Below, one piece after another: positions 1 to 6,691 of a DNA stretch of 15,212 nucleotides; position 1 is the stretch's first letter; each line of letters starts with the position of its first letter. The DNA comes from Candidatus Hermodarchaeota archaeon. Its GTDB lineage: Archaea > Asgardarchaeota > Hermodarchaeia > Hermodarchaeales > Hermodarchaeaceae. The DNA lies in NCBI GenBank assembly GCA_016839365.1, contig JAEOUH010000092.1:1-15212 (forward strand), given 5' to 3'. The position numbers and the translations under genes are program-made. The notes beneath the pieces were generated by a model that was not told the origin of the DNA, did no database searches, and worked only from the letters and a program-made list of their open reading frames with translations.

Positions 1-1
1 C

Positions 2-307
2 CAAGATGGATCCTTTGTCGAATCGAAACAGGAATCAAGCGGTATCCACTGTGAAGTAGACAAAACCGGTAAGAAAATCCGAATGATTGTGCCTCAAGGC
101 ACCAGCCTCATTGAACGACGAACAGCATTGCGACTGGCTGACACCGTTGCGCGGAGTGGATATCTATTATCAACCGGCGAACGCGTCGGACAAGGTTACG
201 AACTTGTTGTCGATGAAAAAGGCTCAGCAATACCAGATCGACTCAAACAAAGTCCAAGAGTCAGCTACAGCTCGGTTACAGTTGGCAGCGTCGTCGACAA
301 GAAGTAG
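2..307 (+). CDS. 5'-truncated hypothetical protein, putative single gelsolin-like domain
   Basis: Frame is open from base 2 (QDGSFVESKQESSGIHCEVDKTGKKIRMIVPQGTSLIERRTALRLADTVARSGY...), so the ATG at 83 is probably internal; ends TAG at 305-307. The strand-turn-strand then ER-x-x-AL-x-x-A helix pattern resembles gelsolin repeats. Product call is an inference. Confidence 0.5.
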   Translation, partial: QDGSFVESKQESSGIHCEVDKTGKKIRMIVPQGTSLIERRTALRLADTVARSGYLLSTGERVGQGYELVVDEKGSAIPDRLKQSPRVSYSSVTVGSVVDKK

Positions 308-392
308 GCCACACTCCGTGAAATGGTGAAGCGTTCCAAATATCAGATGAAAACAAGGCTGCAAGACATCCTGACCAGTTGAGGTGATTGAT

Positions 393-569
393 GTGAGCGA
401 AGAAGAAAGTAAAGGGGTCTCTTTGAGCGAGGAGCTGAAGCGCGAAATTAAGAGGGGCGCAAGTCTCGAACACGCACCAGAAGTCAAACCCAGAGAATTT
501 GACTTATCCGCTGAGAAAGCCCTCCTCGAAAAGCTCAGAGCAGAAGGGAAACTCGAAGAAGAGGAGTAA
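393..569 (+). CDS. Small charged protein (58 aa) with WH2/beta-thymosin (actobindin)-like motifs
   Basis: Strong SD GAGGTGA at 381-387, 5 nt before GTG at 393 (the ORF-track start at 384 lies inside the SD); TAA at 567-569, followed by an inverted repeat and a pyrimidine tract. Motifs ELKREIKRGASLEHA and EKALLEKLRAEGKL. Coding status well supported; WH2 function inferred. Confidence 0.6.
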   Translation: MSEEESKGVSLSEELKREIKRGASLEHAPEVKPREFDLSAEKALLEKLRAEGKLEEEE

Positions 570-610
570 CTCCTCCCCCTCGTCGATAAATCCCTCCCAT
601 TTTCTTTTCC
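561..610 (+). terminator. Putative terminator of the small ORF (inverted repeat over the stop codon plus T-rich tract)
   Basis: GAGGAG(561-566)-TAA-CTCCTC(570-575) perfect inverted repeat, followed by TTTTCTTTT at 600-608, between convergent genes. Confidence 0.45.
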
Positions 611-628
611 AAAACAACCAGCCCCACA

Positions 629-1513
629 CTATGTTGGGGACTTTCCTTTACTCAGGTTTTTAATAATCGGAAGATCTCGGTATTTTTGGATTCGTTGCAG
701 GATGTCAGCTCTGAGTTGCTGATAGACTGGTCCTGTACGAAGCACCCATTCAGAGAAATGCTCTGCCATTGCCTCGGGGCTCCAACGATGCTTTCCATCA
801 TCACTGGTCCATACAATTTCGAATGAATCACCTTTCTGTATGATTTCACCATGTGCCTGACAGAGTTGGCATTCGACCTGATTGGGCCCTCGAAACTGAA
901 AGAATATCGTTCCACATTGTGGGCAACCATGTTTGGGACTATCTAATGCGACTGTGTACTCAGGTTGGCGGATTTGGCGTACAAGCGTTTTGCCGATTTC
1001 CTGAGCCCGCTTCACTGTTGCTTCATCGAGGAGCACTTCTCCTGGACCTGGTCGATAGGCAACGAAGCGGTCAACAGGTTGAAGTCGTAATATTCCTGAA
1101 AGCATTGAAAGCATTGGTAAAGTAAAAGGATCCCAGTTTTGGAGCCCTGCCGTGGCGATGATAGCGCCAGGTCGCGTTGTCATCTGACTAATTTGCAGAC
1201 TGTATTCGAAGAGTCGGTCGATGAGAAGTTTGATTATTCCAGCAGGACCAAGAAAGTAGGTTGGGGCCGAGAGGATAATTGCATCAGCCCATTGGAAATG
1301 CTTCCACAAGACATGCATATCATCATCCAAGCGACACGATTCCCCCTTAAGTACGCAGGCTAGACACCCCTTACAAGGGAGTAGGTGAAAGTCGGATAAT
1401 CGGAGAGCCTGCACCTCCGCGTCTTCATTTTGAGCTTGCATTAAAGCCTCCTTGACTAAGACTTCGCAGTTTCCCAGTTTACGCGCAGAACCAATCACGC
1501 CAAGAACCTTCAT
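629..1513 (-). CDS. Flavodoxin-family (NADPH-dependent FMN reductase / iron-sulfur flavoprotein-like) protein with a C-terminal Cys4 zinc-ribbon extension
   Basis: MKVLGVIGSARKLGNC FMN-binding start; CKGCLACVLKGESC (CxxCxxCx6C) cluster motif; ADAIILSAPTYF and KLLIDR; C-terminal CPQC...CQLC. Start moved to ATG at 1513 (GGTG SD-like sequence upstream); ORF-track start is 1525. Confidence 0.85.
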   Translation of the reverse strand: MKVLGVIGSARKLGNCEVLVKEALMQAQNEDAEVQALRLSDFHLLPCKGCLACVLKGESCRLDDDMHVLWKHFQWADAIILSAPTYFLGPAGIIKLLIDRLFEYSLQISQMTTRPGAIIATAGLQNWDPFTLPMLSMLSGILRLQPVDRFVAYRPGPGEVLLDEATVKRAQEIGKTLVRQIRQPEYTVALDSPKHGCPQCGTIFFQFRGPNQVECQLCQAHGEIIQKGDSFEIVWTSDDGKHRWSPEAMAEHFSEWVLRTGPVYQQLRADILQRIQKYRDLPIIKNLSKGKSPT

Positions 1514-1601
1514 AGGATGCACCACAGGCTAATCTGATACTTAACCTTAAGAGTCTACAGCATCAGGAAAAACTCTCGGTTCCATTAGGCTGTTCGTGAA
1601 A

Positions 1602-1892
1602 CTAGTATGTAATCCGGAAGTCACGAAGGGTGGAATCAACCGGGACATTGATAATAGCGACATTGTCGACATGCGCCGATGGGGATCCATGATGGAGGAA
1701 ACGAATAAACTCTTCGATGACCTGATCTGCACCTTGGGCATGGCATTCGACGGTTCCATCCGGATTATTTCGCACCCATCCTACAAGACCGAGTTGATGT
1801 GCCTTGTCACGAGTATAGGCACGAAAGAAGACCCCTTGCACTCGACCGTGTACCAAAGCTTGTATCGCTCGCATTATCAATTCATGGCTCAA
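1602..1892 (-). CDS. acyP: Acylphosphatase
   Basis: VHGRVQGVFFR and GWVRNNPDGTVE signature motifs, HGSPSAHV, C-terminal FRITY. Start may instead be the ATG at 1874. Confidence 0.95.
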   Translation of the reverse strand: MSHELIMRAIQALVHGRVQGVFFRAYTRDKAHQLGLVGWVRNNPDGTVECHAQGADQVIEEFIRFLHHGSPSAHVDNVAIINVPVDSTLRDFRITY

Positions 1893-2005
1893 TATGTAAG
1901 TGCTACTCCTTAAGACATTTCATCGTTATAGATGATCGGAATTTGGAGGTTGGTTTAGGAATCCTTAAATCCGTCTACCCTATCAGCCACTCCGAGGAAT
2001 ACGCC

Positions 2006-2296
2006 ATGAGCCACACTAATCCCGATCCCAGCACCCAAAAAGAGCTTTCTAATATTCCGGGAAAAATCGGGCGAACTGACTATCGCGAATGGGTTAAAGT
2101 GTGTCCTCGCTGTTTTAGTCCCAACATCCAACCACTCACTAATATTTCAGGGACACTGATTCAAGAGCAATGGTACTGTTCTGAGTGTGGTTATGCTGGA
2201 GTCACTATAGAAGTAAAAACCGAGGACCTCATCCGATTCCGATTGCAGCAGTTGGCGAGGCTGTACAACAGAAATACAAAAGGAAGGTCCACTTAA
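2006..2296 (+). CDS. Small zinc-ribbon protein (96 aa), function unknown
   Basis: SD-like GAGGA at 1994-1998 before ATG at 2006; CPRC...WYCSECGY motif. The longer ORF-track version (1799) overlaps acyP and is rejected. Confidence 0.75.
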   Translation: MSHTNPDPSTQKELSNIPGKIGRTDYREWVKVCPRCFSPNIQPLTNISGTLIQEQWYCSECGYAGVTIEVKTEDLIRFRLQQLARLYNRNTKGRST

Positions 2297-2314
2297 CGGC
2301 CGATGAATTGATTC

Positions 2315-3187
2315 CTAAGCAACCTGTGGGAAGGCTACCTCTGCTGCAGCTCCCATTAGGGTCTTAAATAGTAGTTCCTTGTTACGAGGATCAATGGCGA
2401 CCAAGCCAATGGTTCGGAGTCCAAGTAGCCGGGCAACAGTATCAGGAAGGAGAGCATCTTTCAAGTCCTGCTTATTTGCAATTGCCCAGACTAAAGCACC
2501 ATCAGTCCATTTCTGAATTATCGGAATCAGTTTCCGAGTTGACATCACGTTCTTTAATGTCGAATCGGTGACCATTAACACAACATCTGTCCCACGGAGA
2601 TAATCTTTCCATTTTGGAACCAACAGTTCCTGACCAGGGAAGTCCCAAACGGCCAGTTCATAAGGGCCAAGCTTTGCCGTTTGCATCTCTTCTACGTACA
2701 CGGCCATTGTAGCTATATGATTGAGGTCGGCGCGTTGACTCATGAGCATTCTTAGGATTGTGCTTTTGCCCACACCGCCTTCGCCGAGAAGGACAATCTT
2801 GAGTGTAGACACAATGGCTTGATCGATGACAGGTCCAAGTCCTTGGAAAACTTGTGAATTCCTGTTACTTTTGAAATCCCAGATCTGTTTGGCGAATTTT
2901 TGCTTCATGGTCCGGACGGCGTTGTCGATTTTTTCTTGAAGTATTTCGTCTTTGTCTTGACGATCAGCGACCAAGACGAGGATGAGGTCCGAGTCGACAT
3001 ATTTATGGATGAATTTCATGCCATCCAAAAAGATGGGCACGGGGAGATCTTCGCCGGTGTCTCTTTCGAGCTGGCGGAGAGACTGTATATATTCAGAAAC
3101 GACTGGTTGGTCAATTTCAATTGCCCAGTATGAACGGTGGAAGAGTTTGATGCCGTTTCTGGTGATTAACAGGACGTTATGTATCAA
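2315..3187 (-). CDS. Longin-domain / Arf-like small GTPase fusion protein
   Basis: N-terminal ~125 aa longin-like (MIHNVLLITRNGIKLFHRSY...KFIHKY...LILVLVADRQD). C-terminal G-domain: G1 GEGGVGKS, G2 T in HIATM, G3 WDFPGQ, Arf-type WKDY, G4 ANKQD. Confidence 0.85.
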   Translation of the reverse strand: MIHNVLLITRNGIKLFHRSYWAIEIDQPVVSEYIQSLRQLERDTGEDLPVPIFLDGMKFIHKYVDSDLILVLVADRQDKDEILQEKIDNAVRTMKQKFAKQIWDFKSNRNSQVFQGLGPVIDQAIVSTLKIVLLGEGGVGKSTILRMLMSQRADLNHIATMAVYVEEMQTAKLGPYELAVWDFPGQELLVPKWKDYLRGTDVVLMVTDSTLKNVMSTRKLIPIIQKWTDGALVWAIANKQDLKDALLPDTVARLLGLRTIGLVAIDPRNKELLFKTLMGAAAEVAFPQVA

Positions 3188-3248
3188 CCGCGCTCGTCTC
3201 CCGGCTAGTATGTCCCACGGTTCTGGGTGTTGGATATTTGTTTTTGAG

Positions 3249-3256
3249 CTTTAAAA
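3249..3256 (-). promoter_or_regulatory. Putative TATA box for the longin-GTPase gene
   Basis: TTTTAAAG on the minus strand about 60 nt upstream of the TTG start at 3187. Confidence 0.35.
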
Positions 3257-3307
3257 TAGTTCTACCTAGAGGGGAGGAGTTCGTTTTGCATTAAACATTT
3301 CTAATTG

Positions 3308-3316
3308 ATAAAAAAG
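3308..3316 (-). terminator. Putative oligo-T terminator after the MttB-family gene
   Basis: CTTTTTTAT on the minus strand within 10 nt downstream of the TGA stop at 3326-3324. Confidence 0.4.
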
Positions 3317-3323
3317 ATCATTT

Positions 3324-4823
3324 TCAGCTTGGACCATGGGGTAGTGAGGAATTCTTATGACGCTTCATGAAGTTTTTCGCAATCGCATTCAAATCTTGAA
3401 GTTGTGAGTCGTCTAATTTGGGTACGTCGTGGGTGGTTAGAATCTCTTTGACACGCTCACGAGCACGGTCTAAACTGGTCAATGCTCCTTGGGATTGCCA
3501 GCTTTCAAATGGTTGGCGGTCGACTAATTTACCTGGCATATAGTGTTCTTTCCTGAACCAGGCTAGCGTATGACGTAAGCGGAGGAAATCTCCACCTTTT
3601 GTCCCGACTTCTCGGAGCTCATCTAGAGCAAGGGTGTCATCATTCACTTCAACGCCGGTGATGAACCGTTTCATCATCCCCGCAAGCATGTCGTCGATGA
3701 CAAGCTTCTCATAACTTTGGGTGCTTTCAAAAATAAGCATCCCTGCACCAGCGATATTGTTGATTCCTGCCATCGCCGCAAGAAGAAAACCGGTTGCTGC
3801 TTCATAGCCCACTTGTGCATCGGCACTAATTTTCGCATCTGAAAGGCCCATGTACCCGTGGGTTGGGAGGTTGTAATGTTTTGCTATCTGTGCATAGGCG
3901 CATGTGAGCATCATGCTTTCAATGGCTCCCAGCCGTGCTGTTCCATACTGCATATCGACAGCTGTAGGAGAGCCGCCATAAATTACCGGTGAACCTTTCT
4001 TTGCAAGTTGAGTGAGTACAACACCACTTAGCGACTCAGCATTATGCAATACCAAAGACCCAGCGATTGTAATCGGACCGGTTGCTCCGAGTTGGGGCAT
4101 TGAAATAAGTTCAATTGGAATTCCGGCAGCCGCACCGAGTAGGAGATCATGAACTGTCAGTTCACTCCACTGTAATGGAGCAGATGGACATGTATCAAAG
4201 ATGGCACGTGGTTTGTCTCGGAGCTTCTTGGGTCCCCCTGCTATGACTTCAAGCATTTGCTTCATATCGTCAAAGGCGTCAAGTGCAAAGGTGCCGGTTA
4301 TGATGGGTTTTGTTGAGTGCTGTAGGAGTAGGTATAGCCGGTAGCGATCCGCGAGGAGTGGAGGTACATCTGCTGGGATGAGGGCCGTGCTTTGAGCGTC
4401 GATGAATGGTAACGCATCAGTGACTCGGGCGAAGTCGATAACATCTTTGACGGTTGGATGCCGTCGCGCACCGGTTTCTCGGTCCAGAATATGCGTTGCA
4501 GCCGAGCCTGGATTGAATTGGATTTGATTTCCTTCAAGGAGAACAGCGGGATGCCCTTCACGATCAAATAGCTGGATTGAGGATGGTGCATGTTTTATTT
4601 GCTCTTCAACGAGTGAAGAGGGGAAATAGGCATGCTCCTTGTCAAAATTAACTGAGGCTCCGGCTTCTTTGAGGAGTTCTAATGCGTCACGGCTTTGGAT
4701 TTTCATTCCAACTTCCTCAAGGAGAGAGAGGCTTTCTGAGTGAATTTGCTGAATCTCCTGCTCCGAGAGCATCTTCAATTGGGGTCTTTGTGTCAATGTC
4801 TCTTGTCTCCGATGTTGTTTCAT
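3324..4823 (-). CDS. Trimethylamine methyltransferase (MttB) superfamily, non-pyrrolysine member (methylated/quaternary amine:corrinoid methyltransferase)
   Basis: LSEQEIQQIH..SL.LLEEVG start, GATGPITIAGSLVLHNAESLSG, GSPVIYG, GLSDAK..DAQ.GYE, GAGML...SYEKLVID; no in-frame TAG. Its ATG overlaps the stop codon of the corrinoid gene (ATGA, 4820-4823). Confidence 0.92.
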   Translation of the reverse strand: MKQHRRQETLTQRPQLKMLSEQEIQQIHSESLSLLEEVGMKIQSRDALELLKEAGASVNFDKEHAYFPSSLVEEQIKHAPSSIQLFDREGHPAVLLEGNQIQFNPGSAATHILDRETGARRHPTVKDVIDFARVTDALPFIDAQSTALIPADVPPLLADRYRLYLLLQHSTKPIITGTFALDAFDDMKQMLEVIAGGPKKLRDKPRAIFDTCPSAPLQWSELTVHDLLLGAAAGIPIELISMPQLGATGPITIAGSLVLHNAESLSGVVLTQLAKKGSPVIYGGSPTAVDMQYGTARLGAIESMMLTCAYAQIAKHYNLPTHGYMGLSDAKISADAQVGYEAATGFLLAAMAGINNIAGAGMLIFESTQSYEKLVIDDMLAGMMKRFITGVEVNDDTLALDELREVGTKGGDFLRLRHTLAWFRKEHYMPGKLVDRQPFESWQSQGALTSLDRARERVKEILTTHDVPKLDDSQLQDLNAIAKNFMKRHKNSSLPHGPS

Positions 4824-5473
4824 CCTTCTGTCGCGCCTGTCAACCGTTTTGCGATTTTCACTGCTTGATTAAAATCAACACCGTAACCATCAGCACCAAT
4901 GCTGTCTGCGAAATCTTGGCTGACTGGTGCTCCACCCACCATGATTTTTACCCGTTGATCAAGTTTTTCCGTTTTTAATAGCTCAATGGTTTCTTGCATC
5001 CGGTCCATAGTCGTGGTCAATAACGCAGACATCGCAATAATATCCGCGTTGACTTCCCTGGCTTTGGAGACGAACTGAGCTGGTGTCACCTCAACACCTA
5101 AATCATACACGGTAAATCCCGCCACCGTTAGCATGGTCGCCACAATTGATTTTCCGATATCATGGATATCCCCTTGCACCGTACCTATCACGATAGTACC
5201 CAGGGCATCCTCGTCTTGAGATTTAGCCAGATGGGGTTCAAGGAATTCAAGGGCCTGTTTCATCGTTTCCGCGGCTACTGCGAGTTCTGGCAAGTAGGCT
5301 TCGCCTTTTTCAAATCGATCACCTAACACTCGAATACCTGCCGTAAGCCCTTGGTTGACAATAGTAGTTGCATCAATTCCTTGATCAATGGCCTTCGGAA
5401 CAAGGTTGAGAACTCGTTCAGTCTGACAATTAATCATCTCTTCACGAATTTCATCAATAATTTCATTTCCCAT
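4820..5473 (-). CDS. Methyltransferase cognate corrinoid protein (MttC/MtbC family)
   Basis: N-terminal helical cap (GDRFEKGEAYLPEL); B12-binding GTVQGDIHDIGK (DxHxxG), SALLTTT, MVGGAPV. Confidence 0.95.
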   Translation of the reverse strand: MGNEIIDEIREEMINCQTERVLNLVPKAIDQGIDATTIVNQGLTAGIRVLGDRFEKGEAYLPELAVAAETMKQALEFLEPHLAKSQDEDALGTIVIGTVQGDIHDIGKSIVATMLTVAGFTVYDLGVEVTPAQFVSKAREVNADIIAMSALLTTTMDRMQETIELLKTEKLDQRVKIMVGGAPVSQDFADSIGADGYGVDFNQAVKIAKRLTGATEG

Positions 5474-5507
5474 ACAGTATCCACCTTATCTCATTGGTAC
5501 TGTTGTG

Positions 5508-6554
5508 TTACTCAATGATTTCCCAATTACGCTGGTATTTGTCAAGTTCAGTTTTGGTTCGTGCATCCATAGGGTGTTCTCTATCTGGGATGTCCAGAGC
5601 TTTTGGTTCACCACACAACGGAGTGCTGAAGTAGCGTTGTCCACTGTCATTAATCATGGTCACAATCGTTTTGAGTTCAGGGTGTCGCTTTGCTAGTTTC
5701 AGAGCTGCGGCAACATTACACCCTGACGAGATTCCACAAAAGAGTCCTTCTTCGCGGCTGAGCCATTGAGCCATTTCTAGAGCTTCATCTGAGGTTGTAG
5801 TAATGATTCCATCTAACATGCTCAAATCGAGATTCAAGGGCACAAATCCATCGCCAATGCCTTCGATGTGGTGAGATCCCCATTTTCGATGTGCGAGAAG
5901 GGGCGCTTCCGTAGGCTCAATGGCATAAAGCTTCACCTTTGGATTCTTCTCACGCAAGAATCGTCCCACGCCTGTTATCGTTCCCCCAGTGCCTTGGCTA
6001 GCGATGAACGCATCCACGTTTCCAGCAGTCTGTTCCCATATTTCTTGACCTGTCGTTTCATAATGGGCAAGAGGATTATCTGGATTGCTGAACTGTGCGG
6101 GTTCCCAATATTTTCCTGGATTCTGCTCTTTTAGTTCCTTAGCTTTCTTTAGACACAAGTCCACATCAGATTCCCCACCCGGAGTGAGGATAATCTTAGC
6201 GCCATACGCCGCCATGAGTTTTCGACGTTCTTGACTCATCCCTTCGGGCATGATTATGGTCACGGGGTAGTTCAACATCCGACCAACAAAGGAACAGGCA
6301 ATACCGGCATTTCCCGTTGACGACTCGATGATCTCCATACCTGGTTTTAAGTCTGCACGGGCAATGGCTTCGTGGATCATCTTGTAGTAGATACGGTCCT
6401 TCAGGCTCCCTGTGGGTGAATACCATTCGATTTTTCCTAGGATATTGACTCCCGCCTGCTTGCTAATCTTTGGCAAGCGCAACAATGGCGTTAGACCAAT
6501 GAGGTCAAAGACATTCTCTTGGACCTGCTTGTATTTTTCCCAGTTTAAGGGCAC
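5508..6554 (-). CDS. cysK: Cysteine synthase family PLP-dependent enzyme (CysK/CysM/CBS-like)
   Basis: IGLTPLLRL, PTGSLKDR (PLP lysine), ESSTGNAG, GTGGT phosphate loop, HHIEGIG, GISSG, DSGQRYFS. Start set at GTG 6554 because AGGAG (6564-6568) lies 9 nt upstream; the ORF-track TTG at 6563 abuts that SD. Confidence 0.9.
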   Translation of the reverse strand: MPLNWEKYKQVQENVFDLIGLTPLLRLPKISKQAGVNILGKIEWYSPTGSLKDRIYYKMIHEAIARADLKPGMEIIESSTGNAGIACSFVGRMLNYPVTIIMPEGMSQERRKLMAAYGAKIILTPGGESDVDLCLKKAKELKEQNPGKYWEPAQFSNPDNPLAHYETTGQEIWEQTAGNVDAFIASQGTGGTITGVGRFLREKNPKVKLYAIEPTEAPLLAHRKWGSHHIEGIGDGFVPLNLDLSMLDGIITTTSDEALEMAQWLSREEGLFCGISSGCNVAAALKLAKRHPELKTIVTMINDSGQRYFSTPLCGEPKALDIPDREHPMDARTKTELDKYQRNWEIIE

Positions 6555-6597
6555 AATAAACAACTCCTAACAAATCAGTCGCAGCATAGTCTAGCCC

Positions 6598-6607
6598 GTA
6601 TATAAGC
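6598..6607. promoter_or_regulatory. Putative TATA element in the divergent cysK/sfsA intergenic region
   Basis: GTATATAAGC reads TATATAA on + and TTATATA on -, about 45 nt upstream of the cysK start. Confidence 0.5.
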
Positions 6608-6691
6608 ATACAGCTTCGTGGGATGCACGAGGCGAAGAATCATAAAGGAACAAGACAGGGCAAAGAGAAAAGACCAGCAGGAGCCCTTTCT

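Noticed and set aside
87-487. Alternative ORFs 87-329 (+), 224-487 (-) and 276-473 (-)
   Set aside because: They overlap the better-supported 2-307 and 393-569 frames and have no recognisable motifs.
1547-1913. ORFs 1547-1759 (-) and 1596-1913 (+)
   Set aside because: Shadow frames of the unambiguous acylphosphatase gene.
1799-2005. N-terminal extension of the 165-aa ORF
   Set aside because: It overlaps acyP on the opposite strand and the divergent promoter region; an SD-preceded ATG at 2006 gives a coherent protein.
3324-4823. Pyrrolysine-containing trimethylamine methyltransferase
   Set aside because: There is no in-frame TAG; the reading frame is continuous with Leu at the expected site.
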